64,000 nt of DNA, from positions 1,674,001-1,738,000 of the forward strand of contig CATNEN010000034.1 of NCBI GenBank assembly GCA_950097015.1. The letters run 5' to 3'. The translations under genes and the position numbers were made by a program. Positions 23,876-37,098 of the stretch are shown in pieces. This DNA comes from Macrostomum hystrix (taxonomy: Eukaryota; Animalia; Platyhelminthes). How positions within the stretch are numbered: the stretch's first letter is position 1; the number at the start of each line of letters is the position of its first letter. The notes under the pieces were generated by a model, which had not been told where the DNA came from, did not search any database, and saw nothing but the letters and a program-made list of their open reading frames with translations.

Positions 23876-25067
23876 GCTTGACGCTCCTGTCACACAATCG
23901 CATGCGACGTTGCGCCACCGCCAGCGGCGATCTTCGCGATCATGCCAGCCTGTGGCGATCCGTCTCAGCTTTGGATTTGTTGAAATCCGCGATCGGCTTT
24001 CCAGCGCCAGCTGCCGCTGCGTCGCCGAGCTTCCTGACTGACGCGCGGCCTTTGCGTTCGGCTCGCGTGCTGAAACGCGGCCGGCGACTACGGCGAGTCT
24101 GGCATCGCAAGGTGCTGCTGCTCACGGAAGACTGCCTCAGCTACTACTCCGACAACGGGAGGCCCCTGCTGGGCTCGGCTTCGCATGTAAGGCTCCTGCC
24201 TGCCTACCTGCCTGCCTGCATGCCTGACTGCCTGCCTGCCTGCCTGTCTGTCTGCCTGCCTGTCTGTCTGTCTGCCTGCCTGTCTGTCTGTCTGTCTGCC
24301 TGTCTGTCTGTCTGTCTGCCTGTCTGCCTGTCTGTCTGTCTGCCTGCCTGTCTGTCTGTCTGTCTGTCTGTCTATGTGTCTGCCTGTCTGTCTGCCTGTC
24401 TGTCTGTCTGCCTGCATGCCTGTCTGTCTGTCTGTCTGCCTGTCTTTCTGCCTGTCTGTCTATGTGTCTGTCTGGCTGTCTGTCTGTCTGTCTATGTGTC
24501 TGTCTGGCTGTCTGTCTGTCTATGTGTCTGTCTGTCTGTCAGTCTGTCAGTCTGCCTGCCTGCTTGTCTGTCTGCCTGTCTGTCTGTCTGTCTGCCTGCC
24601 TGCCTGTCTGTCTGTCTCATTCTGTCTGTCTGTCTCATTCTGTCTGTCTGGGTATTGGCACTGAATATGCAAATCCAGTAAACCAGGCAGTGTCAATAAA
24701 ATACAAGCGTCATGCCTCAATGCGACAAGCGTTATGATATTGGCTTCCCATTTCAGCTGTCCGGCGTGTCGATTCCTCTGCAGCGATTGGTTGCCGCCTA
24801 CCTGGCACCCAAAGAGTGAGTCAAGGTGTTGCCCGCGTTCTCTCAATTTAATTTATCTGTTCGATCCACTGACTCGTGCTCAATAATTCATTTGTTTCGG
24901 GCCCTGCCAGGCGCACTGACGAGCTGTGCATCACCAGCTGCTGCCTGGAGCCAAACATCAGCTTCAAATTTGCCACGCCAGGAGAGGCCGGCAGCTGGCT
25001 TGCCCTACTGAATAGGATACTGCTGCGACAGGCTGGAAACTCGGAATATCGCAACTCCAACAGCTGA
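22172..25067 (+). CDS. Protein with two PH-like domains separated by polyQ, about 357 aa (start uncertain)
   Basis: join(22172..22486, 23469..23525, 23611..23644, 23735..24186, 24757..24815, 24911..25067) = 1074 nt, in frame. C-terminal PH signature [32 protein letters not shown]...[13 protein letters not shown]; a more divergent N-terminal unit ends in IDWFEILK; Q14 encoded by (CAG)n. Confidence 0.7.
22600..23320. repeat. 21-bp minisatellite (GTTTGTTCATGAAACACTGCW)n
   Basis: Direct reading; intron of the PH-domain gene; source of the [14 protein letters not shown] ORFs. Confidence 0.96.
24190..24650. repeat. (CTGT/CTGC)n tetranucleotide microsatellite
   Basis: Begins immediately after the GT donor at 24187. 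Confidence 0.96.
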
Positions 25068-28000
25068 TTGCAAATGTGATCAATGTGTCATTTAATATAC
25101 TTGTGTGCCATGCAACTGCTGTAACTTTTTTACACACCGTTTTTATTGTCCTATATCTAAAAAAATTTGATTCTTTAATATTTCCAAATCGCATGCATTC
25201 TCTACGATTATCACCTGCGTTTTTATCAGGTAATTATGGATTTATTCCAATTTTCAGACGAGCTTCGGAAGTTGTGCTTCACTTAATTTTCAAACCTCAA
25301 CCGTTTTGGCAACTTTTTCTCTGAGACAAATCTGTATTCAGAATTCGGCATCCCCGCGCACTTCTCTGAAATATATCAACATTTTGTATTGAACTTTTTT
25401 ACAGCTGTGCTGTATTGCATGTCGATTTACTCCACATTACGTAACGAATAGTGTTACTTAGTTACTTATTTAGTTGCTTACATATTAAACGGATTGTAGC
25501 TATATTTGCTAAGACCTAGAACTTACTTCAATAGTGCATTTTATCGAGGCGGTAATTTTTTATGTCACCTCAAAGCTTATACGCTCGTATATCTCAATGG
25601 TGCAGCACGACAGTTTCAGTGCGTGAATCTCACTGCTCAGATAGTTCATAGGGTTGCATTCTCAGCAGCAACAGTTAAATGTGACATACCTGCAGGCGAC
25701 AGGTGAAAATGTCTCACTAACTTGAGTCGCAGCTCATTCTATCCATCGGAGACCCTACGTCACTGGGGAAGAGTAAAAGGAATCAAGGATATAAAAAACT
25801 TTATGCGTTTTTAACTTGTCACGCACTTCAAAACAGGTCCCAAGCATTCTAAGCATTAGCTTCCCCATGCTGAACAGATCCAAAGGGGGCGGGGAAGTTT
25901 CAGGAAGCAAACAAAAGGTAGAAGGCACCGCACTAGATTGTCCTCAAAGACTGCGTCACCAACCTCGGTCATCATTCTAGCGGAGTCTTGTGTGTTTAGC
26001 TTTCGTTGGACTTCATTTGTCGCTGAAATCCAAGAAAGAGCGAATATAGAGGTACTCTTATCGGCCTACTAATACTCCCTGGACTCAAGCTCAAACTCAA
26101 GCTCCTCTGCGCGGTCTGCATCTAAAATTTTGCAAACAGTTCGATATAAACGCAATTTTATACACATCGAACGAAAGCTACTTCAGAAAATTAAATTAAT
26201 TAACACAAACAGCAGAATTTTTTTCTTTGCTAAAGTACGCACTTATTTTTAAAAATTAGGAAATTTCCCAGACATCTTGAAATGAATGCAATGCAAATAA
26301 AATCTGAAATTTCGTAACGAAAAAATATCTCATTTGCTCTTTCATTTTCTTATATCTGCTACATAATCTGCTACATATCTGCTACACAACTTGAATCTTG
26401 AGTTACCCTTTCGAAAGTCAATTTATTTTTATATAGTCACTCCTACTCGTAATAACGCTACAGATTAGGCCTAGTAGGTCTAGCGCTGGCATTAGCACGA
26501 TTGTGATAAACCTGTCTTCGACGATCGAGTTGTACAATAATTAGGCACACTAGTTTTTTACGAAATAGCGGTCAATAAATGAAACTAATGGATGGTTCTG
26601 TAATTGTCCAAAATGATCATCTAACAATGGATATTAGTGACGCCAGCAATTCTGAAGCATCTATGAGTTCAACAGTAGACAACTTGACACTAAATGATGA
26701 ATTAAAATATAAAGACAGGGGTAAGTTGTCATATTGCTTATTTTTCTATCTAACTAATTATAATTTATATATTATAAATCAATTAATAATAATTAATATA
26801 ATTATATATTATGTAAAGACAGAGCTCTCTATTTTTTATTGGCTAGCTAGCTAATTAAAAACTCAATATGGCAAAATAAGTAAAGGCACCTCAACTAGCT
26901 ATGTAAATATACACTGGTGAGACTCTTATTTTAGTCTTAGGCCCTAGCTAGGCCTATTACTATGGCATGTATATTATTTTCACTATAATATATATATATT
27001 ATAGCCTATATCAAAATTGTATTGAAAAGCAAGGATATTCTAAACAATGATCAATTCAGGTCTTAATTCAGTATTAGGCCCATATCCTTCAATATAATGG
27101 AACCATACCCTTGGCACTAATTGCTCTATTGTTAATAGTAATTATTTTGGGCACAAATAGGCCATAGGCAACAATCCTTAAATTGTTGTTAAATTGTTGG
27201 GCTTAGCAATCCTTAAACAACAATATTTTGGATAACAATCACCAAGTTAAGTGGCAATCACTATACAAGTGCTCTAGATAATTGAATTTAAAATTTATAT
27301 CATAGTAGCAACATTGTCATTATCCATGGTTCCCAGATAATAAAAAACAAATATTTGGGCCTTTGGAGTAGCAATGGTTTTCATTACCACCTTTTTAATT
27401 AGCAACTCATTATATAAACAATCTAGAAGTTGTTTATTGTTTTTGGATGACCATCATTTTGGGGTGGATTTCTTTTTTAAAAGATTATCTTCTGAAACTA
27501 TAGCCTTCTCTTTGTATCTTGTTCTTAATAATTAATTATTATTAATTAGGGGCCTATTATTATTGTTCAAAGTAGGAACTTGTGTATTGTTTTGGTTTCA
27601 CCCTAATAGGCCCCCATGGTTCTATTTCTAAGTTACAATGTTTTGTCTTCAGTTAGGGTAATGTATCATCAAGCAAACAAGAATGTGTTTTTTTACTTCA
27701 AACCTTAGCTACAGATTTTCTATTTAAGATATGATGATATATCAAAAGCCAAGTTATAGAAAACAGTTACATCTTTCTAAAAAGTATCTGCTTTGCTATT
27801 TTGTCAAATAGAAAAAAGTTATTCCTGCTTTTTATCTAAAACCAAACAATGATTTTCATGTATCTTCAAACCAAACAGAGAATTTGATGTTTGGTTTTAC
27901 AATTTGAGTGAGTGGTTTAATCTTATTTTAATGAGTGAACTATCATGAAATATGTCATTTGAAAGCATTTTTCATGCTCTATAAATAACTACATTTATGG

Positions 28001-31000
28001 TCATTTAATTGGCAAGCAACCATATACAATCTTCGTCTAAAGTACATACTGAAAAAATGTTGCTAAAAAGTATGCTTTTGCAATAAAAATTTCTACTGAA
28101 ACATCAATATCTTTCTTTTCTCTTAATGCTTCATTGCACATCATGCCTTAGCTTGTAGATAATTTCTTCAACTTTCAAATTAGTTGTTCTATGAAACACA
28201 ATAGCTTGTTTCTGTCTTGCACAAGACCAAGGAAGGAGTCAAAATTTTTGTTTGGTTTTGATGATACACTGTTCGGTTGATGATACATTACCTTAGTAAT
28301 AACCAATTCACTCAATTGCATAGCTTTGAACCAATTAGGCCCTACACATGCCATTGGCTCATTGAGAACAAAATGGTCCCACTGCACAGAGGCTTTGGAT
28401 TCAATTCAGTACATAATATGAAAATAATTTTAGGTTACAAAGTTGAGTGGCAACCCCCTCAGTTTTAGAGTATGATCAGTTTCAATAGTATGGGCATATA
28501 TGTGCAACCTCCCAAATCTTAGCCGGCTGTGCGACTTAGTTTTTGCTCTATTTACGACTTAGTTTGCTCTCATTTGTGACTTAGTTTGTTTCATTGCTCT
28601 AATTACAACTTAGTTTGCTCTCTTTTTCTGTCCCCTTTTTCCTTTTCTTCACGCCTTCCTTTTTTGTCCCTTGGTCCCCCCTTTGATTTTTTTGCGCTTG
28701 GTTGATTGGTTTTTGCGACTTACCTTGCTTGGCCCTCGTTTCACCTGGCCGGTTTGGCCGTGTTGGCCGGGTGTTGTGCATGTATGTGTATAGGTATAGC
28801 CATTGATTGTCAAAGAAAAGTGCATTGATTACCTTTGTGGAGTGCTCAGTAGAGTATTGAAGTTTTGGAAAATTCAATCAAAAAAGGAAATAAAATTTTT
28901 AACTTTTATTTCACACTTTATCTTTTATTTTTAACTTAACATTTTAACTTTTTAACTTTTTATACTTGTTGTAGTTTTGGATCAAATGTTTTCTCTTTAA
29001 AAGTTGCCCTGAAGTGATAACCTTCCAAAACTGATAAAATATGTCCATGCAGCTGTTGTAAACAATGTATGGTTCTTTTGCTTGAACAATGAATTTCAAA
29101 GCACAGCAAATAGTTTCAAGGGTGGTCATCAATCAAAACTAGTACGCTAAAAATGGTTGCTATCCAAAAGATGAAGCAGAAGCAATTACATTTGAATATG
29201 CATAACACATGATTAGATCTAGTATCAACAAGTGCTGCATGCTGTGGTCTGATGAGAAGTAGTCTGGGTTAGCCTGACCACTTTGATCTCAAGCCAGTTC
29301 TGACATGACTTACAGAAAGAATGGCCATGTTATGTTTATGTTTTGGGGAGAATCCATTATCTATCTACAATTTGCATCTCCTTGATAATGTTGAAATAAG
29401 TCTCAAGGGCAAGTGCTATTAAGAACTTCTGAACTGCTAGGCTATTTGATTCTAGCACTTTAATGACTGCACTAAATCTGGGACATAATTGATTTTGAGC
29501 AAAACAATGCCAGTTTGCACATGTTCTTAATGTTTTTTTTTCAGGAGAATGGTAATAGTTAATTGGAAAATTCCAAATATTTCCGATAAAGTTTAAAAGC
29601 ACTACCTAGGCCAAAAATAAAATTATTTAAGAATCTATATAGATTTGCCTTCCATTTGCCCCCTGTATTGAGATATAGTAGCTAAGCAGCAAAATAGTGT
29701 TTAGTGTTAAACTTACTGGCTTTGCTTTTCATTAAAATATCTAGCAGCAAAGCAATTGTCACCTAATAAGGTTATTAGATAGGCAGTCCTTATTGCCACC
29801 ATCTTCAAACAACTTGAAGTTGATTGCTACAGTGTCAATAAGGCCCACTTTTGTCAGCTAAGCCAAATTTGAGAGGGGCCAATGCCCCCAACTCAATGTC
29901 AGGGGCTGGAAGCATCTGCCCCCCTGTTCCACAGTGCCTGAGTAGAAGACTGATAGGTATGGCATGGTGCTATTTAGCAAAGAATAAAATTTTATTTTTT
30001 TAATGTGAAGGAATATCTGATCTTCAAACACATTGCCTGTTAAATCTATTAACTGAAGCAAGATGGATAAGATTGAAATTCAAAAGACTAATTTTTGTCA
30101 TTTTAAATTTATGTTTAATATAGGCCTACAAATAATTAAAATTACTTAAGTTTGCTACTAAGCAGCTAGAACTTTTTGGAACCCTTTGTAATGTTAGATA
30201 TGTAATGTTAACTTATCATTGAACAGAATATTTTCAGTCAGCAGTTAATTATTTGTTTAGGAAGGCTCTATTCCTATGGTTATTTAACTGTAACCCTCAT
30301 TGACTCACACTTAAGCCTGAAACATATGTATATAATACAATAGCCAGTCTTTTTAAGCTATTTATATATTTCTATATACTAATGAGCACAAACAAAATTT
30401 TCCTTCAAACCAGTATATATTAAGATAAAATTATAAGCACATAAAAAAGTAAAATTGCTTTATATTTTAATGTTCTATTATACAATACCCAAAGTTACCA
30501 TGAAAGTTTTGGAGAGACAAACTGGCAAGCTTTTATCTTATTTATTACAAAAAATTTGTTATTGTACCTATCTAAAACATTTAAAACAATTTATAACCTG
30601 GCAATGTGGTAGTATTGATTTTGGATTTGCCTACTTTATTTTAGCATTTCTGGTTTTGATAATTTGTGAAATAATAAATAAATACATTATCCATCCATGT
30701 CTAGTTATTGCTTAAACTACTTTGTCTTAAAAGTAATAGGATAGTAATTAATTGTTTTGTTTATGTAATACTAAACTAGTTAACAATATATTATTGAATA
30801 TTGATTGTTACTCAAATGAACAGCTAACTGCTAATGTTATTAAATTAGTAGACAATAATTATGCAGCCTAGTTTTAAGTGTGCATTATGCAAAATAAATT
30901 AATTTTCATTCTTAATTTGCCTCCTTTTCATCTACCTGGAAAAATTTAATACACTTTCCATTTCTGCCACCTACTCATTTTTCAGTCTTGACAGATCCTT

Positions 31001-31752
31001 CTCTCCCACTTCTGCTAGCTATTATTAAATTCACAATCCTGTCAGAAATTGGCCCTACGAGTATTTCACCCAGTGCTGCGTTGGCCTGGCTTTTAACTTG
31101 ATTGAAAAATCACTAGCCTTGTCGTAGTTTTCTTTCTAGTTTTCTAGTTAGCTCGACCCTCAGCGTTAAATCCTTAATTTTAGTTTTGTGCTCCTCTCAC
31201 CCACCTAGCAGGTGTTTTTTTAATTCCCCAGGCTCCAGTTTTCTCCGCCTCCCAGATTTAAATCTCGTACTTCTTCCTTTATTATTATTACTATTATTCT
31301 TATCTTACACTCCCGTTTTCTTTGCTGACGACTCACGAGTTCGCCCGCATTCGAGGATTGGTTGATCAGCGAGACAAGCACTGTCCGCTAAGCCGGCTGC
31401 CGCAGCTGAATAGCTGGAGCCCGATTGGGGAGGGGATCGAACGACAGAGGCGGGACTAAAGAAGAAGACTAGCAGGCCAGGAGTGGGCGGGCGGATCGGA
31501 TTGGCACATCCGTTTTCCCGTCTTTGCAGCCTACTCCAAGCTCCTAGCCGGTCTCTCCGCTCCTGTCTCCTCGTCCCGCTGAGAATCCGCGCAGCGAAGT
31601 GGAGGATGAGGATGGCTGGGCAGGGGGAAGCTGCCACTCTGGGGGGGCCATGCAAAATTCCTTCCTATATAATGCATGAATATATATATGACTCTCAACT
31701 CTCTTGACTTCGGGCCATCAGATTGTTAAAGGTTTATAAATAAATAAATAAA

Positions 31753-34700
31753 ATGTGGCCTTTTAAACACCGCTGGAAGCCTCCCCCTCGCACTGCCGCA
31801 GAATCCGCCGTCGCTGTCGCCTCGAAGCGAACAGACGCGCAATTGTCCGGCGGTGGCGCAGCCAACGGCTCCCTGGCGGCCCAGGCTGGTCCGCCGCCTC
31901 AGCGCTGGCTATTCTCCCAGGTCAAGGGCACCGCCTGGGAGGAGGTCAGCGAGCAGGACATTATCTCCTGCGTTGAGTTTAATCACACTGGACAACTATT
32001 GGCCACCGGCGACAAGGGCGGCCGCATCGTGGTGTTTCAGCGAGCCGCCAACGGCCTCTACAACGTCTATTCAACTTTCACTAGTCACGAGCCGGAGTTT
32101 GACTATTTGAAATCTTTGGAGATCGAAGAGAAGATTAATAAAATACGCTGGCTCCCAAGGCAGAATGCTGCCCATTGTCTGCTATCAACCAACGATAAGA
32201 CCGTCAAATTGTGGCGCGTGAGCGAGAAGGACCGCGTCATGGAGCCACCCGAAGCCGATCCAACCGGCTCGCTGCTCCGGCTGCCCAGGTACGCACCAGC
32301 CGAACTGGTCGTGGAAGCCGCGCCAAGGCGAGTGTTCGCCAACGCCCACACTTACCACATCAATGCCATCTCAGTCAATAGCGATCAAGAGACTTTTCTC
32401 AGCGCCGACGACTTGCGAGTCAATCTATGGCACTTACAGGTTGGTTAAAATTCCAGTGAAACTGGCGATTGTTTGATTGTTGATCCTGGGACTCTGGGCA
32501 CTGCTGTTTTATGGTAATCTGAGGATTGGCTATCGATGGGATCTGAGAATTATTTATCGATGGGATCTGAGGAATAGCATTGTTGCCCTGGCCTACAGAT
32601 CACGGATCAGAGCTACAACATCGTTGACATCAAGCCAGCGAACATGGAGGACCTGACTGAGGTGATCACCGCCGCTGAGTTCCATCCCAGTCACTGCCAC
32701 CTGTTTGTGTACTCCAGCAGCAAGGGCTCAATCAGACTGTGCGACATGCGCCAGAGGGCCCTCTGCGACCAGCACGCGGCCATCTACGAGGAGCCGGACG
32801 ATCCCGCGAACCGGTCATTTTTCTCCGAGATCATCTCCTCCATCAGCGACGTGAAATTCTCTCACTCTGGTCGCTACCTGCTCAGTCGGGACTATCTGCA
32901 GCTCAAAGGTGAGTCGGATTATCATATCTGCTGTTAAGCTTTGAGCTCAACTTTGTGACATCAATAATCCCCTGCCGACTGCTATTTTTGGGATCCTAAT
33001 CCCGAGCTTTGAGTTTGGATTTAGAGACGAAAGATTCTGGCTTATTCTGAGGTCAGGCTAGCCTTTTGTTATCAAAGCTAAATCTGTCTGGATTGTAGAG
33101 AATATCTTTACTGACTACGAGTATAAGAAATTTTGTTCCTACAGCAACACTAAAAACAGTTGCAGTGCGAGGGATAATTATGAAGGGCATGGGGATATTT
33201 AGGAACGATGATATGGAGAAGTATCCGGGGAGGATGTCAGGCATGTGTGTCGGCTCTTCGCCTGAGCACACTGGCAGAGGTAACCGTTCTGTGCCTATGC
33301 GACTCCTGCATTCGAATGCCTTATAATTTGTTTTCCATCTTTTTTCCTCTTCTCCCTCCTGTTCAACTCGGATGGGAAGGCGTCTTATTTCCCCTTTTCC
33401 CATCCGCCTGTTCATCCCTTTAATTAAATCGCCCCCGTTGCTGCCCCGCCCTGTCTCATCGGGGGCTCCTCTTCGCTGCCCCCCTTGCCTGCGCTAAGCA
33501 ACCTGCAGTGTCAATGCAGCTGGAAAGAGAAGCGCCTTTTTGTTAAAGCAAAATTTATAGAAGTACTTATTGCTCTTGCAAACTGGCTGATTTGCCTGTG
33601 ACTCTGGATTCCTGGCGTTTTAGAAGTTTAGGTATGTGAAGTACTCGATTGGATGAAATTTCCTAGACAAAACTATGAGATTAAATGGTGAGATTGTACA
33701 GGAAAAAACAACGAGAAAAGAGGCGATGGTACAGCAGGGAGATAGAATCGGGTTGCGTAAAGTGGAATTGTTGGGATAGGGTGGTGTGGAGAGGGAGATT
33801 GTAGGGTGTTGGGTAGGAAGATTGTAGAATGTTGGGTAGGGAGATTGTAGGGTGTTGGGTAGGGAGATTGTAGGGTGTAGGGTAGTGAGATTATAGGGTG
33901 TAGGGTAGTGAGATTGTAGGGTGTAGGGTAGTGAGATTGTAGGGTGTAGGGTAGTGAGATTGTAGGGTGTTGGGTAGGGAGATTGTAGGGTGTTGGGTAG
34001 GGAGATTGTAGGGTGTAGGGTAGTGAGATTGTAGGGTGTAGGGTAGTGAGATTGTAGGGTGTTGGGTAGGGAGATTGTAGGGTGTAAAGTAGGGTAAAAA
34101 GTCTCCACAGGGTAACGGTGGAAAGGGAGATTGTAGGGTGTAGAGTAGGGAGGATTAAATAACAGTGCAGGTGGAGAGAAGGGAGAAACACAAAACAGGT
34201 AGGGTGTAAAGCATGGAAGGAGACAGAACAGGGTAGGGTGGAGAGGGAAGTTGTAGGATGTCGAGTTTGTAGCAATACACATCAGAACGGAAAGAAAGAA
34301 AATTTTCAGAAAGGAATGAAATAATGATACGCTGGGGTATTAGAGAGGAAATGTTGATTTATTGTCTAACTACTTAACGAGTAGTGTTCTTCGTATTGTG
34401 TAACTAAGCAACATCATTTTTCCACTCCCAAACCCACCGCATTATTCAGTTTGGGATATGAACATGAACAAGAAGCCAATTGAAGTCTATCCTGTGCACG
34501 AGCACTTCCGGCGAAACCTGTGCGCCCTGTACGAGAACGATTGCATCTTTGACAAGTTCGAGTGCTGCTGGTCCGGCGACGATAAGTAAGCACTTCCTTT
34601 AGGACTGGCTACAATGGATGGGCTGACACCGTGAAGTGGAAACATTGGAGTAAGCTAACAGTAGGGAGAGGGGGCATAAGACGAGCATTTAGACAGGAAG

Positions 34701-35273
34701 TACTAAGGAGAGAGGAGTTGCTAGGGAGAGAAGAAGGGAGGGAGAAGTTGCCAGGGAGAGAAGAAGGGAGGGAGGAGTTGCTTGGGAGAGAGAAGGGAGG
34801 GAGGAGTTGCTTGGAGAGAGCAGTTGCTAGGGAGAGAAGAAGGGAGGGAGGAGTTGCTAGGAAGAGAGATAGGAGATGAGTTGCTAGGGAGAGAGACGAT
34901 AAGCTCATTGAGTATCATGCCATCGGCAAGTCAGTCACCTCGCCCACCCTGCCCCCCGCCAAACAGCCTGGTATTCACCGGCTCCTACAACAACCTGTGG
35001 CGCGTGTTCAATCGTCAGCAGGGCTCCGAGCTGACCTTGGAGGCCAGCCGCGACGGCATGTCGCCGGGCACCGAGCTGCGGCCGCGTCGAATCGTCCAGT
35101 CTGGCTCGAAGGCGCCACAGCAGAATCCCGGCGGCCTAGCCGAGCCAGTGTCCGCGGACAGTCTAGACCTGCAGAAGAAGATTCTACACCTGGCCTGCCA
35201 TCCGGGCGACAGCTGCCTGGCCCTGGCCGCCACCAACAATCTGTACATGATCGCCGGGGCTCCGGCCAGGTGA
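31753..35273 (+). CDS. PPP2R2: Protein phosphatase 2A regulatory subunit B55 (PR55/twins family), about 479 aa
   Basis: join(31753..32439, 32599..32908, 34450..34585, 34967..35273) = 1440 nt. Motifs [77 protein letters not shown]. Confidence 0.96.
33790..34150 (+). repeat. 23-bp G-rich minisatellite (GGGAGATTGTAGGGTGTTGGGTA / GTGAGATTGTAGGGTGTAGGGTA)n
   Basis: Direct reading; B55 intron 2. Confidence 0.92.
34660..34895 (+). repeat. Approximately 30-bp purine-rich repeat (GGGAGAGAAGAAGGGAGGGAGGAGTTGCTA)n
   Basis: Degenerate copies in B55 intron 3. Confidence 0.85.
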
Positions 35274-37098
35274 TGCCCGTGTCAATTTTTATGGAAATAT
35301 CTATCTGTCCGTCTGTCTGTCTGCTTCCAAATCCCGCTTCCCCATCCCCTTGCTACCTCTCACTGTCTTCACCTATTCTTCTCCTAGCGTTGCTGCCTTC
35401 GTCCTTAAATTTCTTCCCTATTCTCTATTCCTCTTCGCATTGTTGTGAATAATTCGCTAAATCGATAAAGACTGACAGTCTGAGAGTCCCAGGCAGGATT
35501 TTGCTTGTCTTGCCTCGCATACTCGCTCCATGCTACTGATCCTTGTCAGTAGTCTGAGAAGGCTTATGAAAGGCCTTTCAAATTAAACTGTTTAAATTCT
35601 GAGTTTTCGCTGGCAGAAGCATATCGTTTTTTAATAACTTTACAGAAATAAAATACGGAAGTGCGTAAAAATCTAAAAATAAATATATATATTATCATTT
35701 TCATTTATTGCGTCATATTTTGTTCTCACGATTATGTTGTGTTTGTCCGACTGTAACTAGTAAATCCCTAATTTAAATATTTGTTGTTCTTTTGTATTTT
35801 TACTTTGTCCAACGACTCCGTGCAAATGGATCTCTCTCAGTCTGTGCATTTGAATTTTCGCATCTATCATTTATTAGTAGTCACTGACGGTCTACTAACA
35901 GTAGTAAAGCGTAAAAAGTAGCAATCGAATTTGCAATTTCTATTTTCTTCAGTTTATTTTAAAATGCTAAACAAACGGCGCCCATTTCGAGAGCAGTAAA
36001 TTTAAATACAATTGAAACACTCCACATTATTTTGTTCCCAAATCATTATTTTGTCTTATGCAAATCATTTGTGTGCCGTATCTCCATCGCACCTGGCACC
36101 CACGCTAATTTATTGTTTTGTGTTCGCCCTATTGACACTTTGTATGTCCGGTTTTTGCCCTGCTAATTGATTGTCGCATAAAATTCAGGTACAGTTATTT
36201 TTATATGAATTAGCGTAGTAGTAAATTAAGTCTTAGATTCATAGCGGGAGTACGTCTTTCGCATATTATTAAAAAGATAACGTCTACATTTGCGGACTTA
36301 AATCTATAAATAAAGTTGCATAATATACGTAAACAAATAAATCACATTCACTTTGTCTGCTGTGTTGAAAGAAACACAGTTCCAAATTAACAAATTGACG
36401 ATTTAAACAAACTGTCGAAGCATCAAAGAACTAGACCCGCTGTTTTTTGTTTAACTAATGCTTTCTCATATGTATCAGCTGTTTTTCCTCACAGAGCCTA
36501 GGAACATGTAGGATAGTACTCTGCCTATATTATTATTTAATTAATTACGCTAGTCCTACATGAGCCAATTTATGGGAGGGCATGAATCCAATGACTCAGT
36601 TGACGATTGTATAAAATTATATTTTCATTGCTGTAATTTACAAAAGTTAGTACTGCAAGTACTCACTGACTAATACTGACGATTATTTCATTTTGAAAGC
36701 AATTTTGAAATGCAGATAACTAATTATCGTGATTTAGATAGCTGCTTATACTCATCTATTAGTATGTACAGTACTCTAGTAGTAGTACAGAAGGCGTTGT
36801 ATTTTGTATTTACAGATTGGCACTGCAAGATGAAGCGAAGAAAATATAGTGTTTAGTGTTAAGATGCATGTAATTGTTAAATCAGTATTCTCACGGACGA
36901 GATTTTAAAACTAAATTCTTAAGACTGCATTCCTAGGGATTTAAAAGCCGCTCTCATAGGCATCCGATTTTGAATCTGCTGAGATTTTGAGATCGCTGTC
37001 TCAATAAGAATGCCTGTTCTTTTAGTCTACTCATCCGCTAGCGTGGAAAACTTTGGAGCTAGTTAATCTCAGCAGAAAGCGACCAACATTTCAACGCA

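Noticed and set aside
26579-26854. 91-aa ORF with a GTAAG donor in the AT-rich block
   Set aside because: No recognisable domain and no in-frame downstream exon found.
29160-29602. Possible hAT transposase relic (LCPRFS.., CYAY.. fragments)
   Set aside because: Resemblance too weak and fragmentary to support without a profile search.
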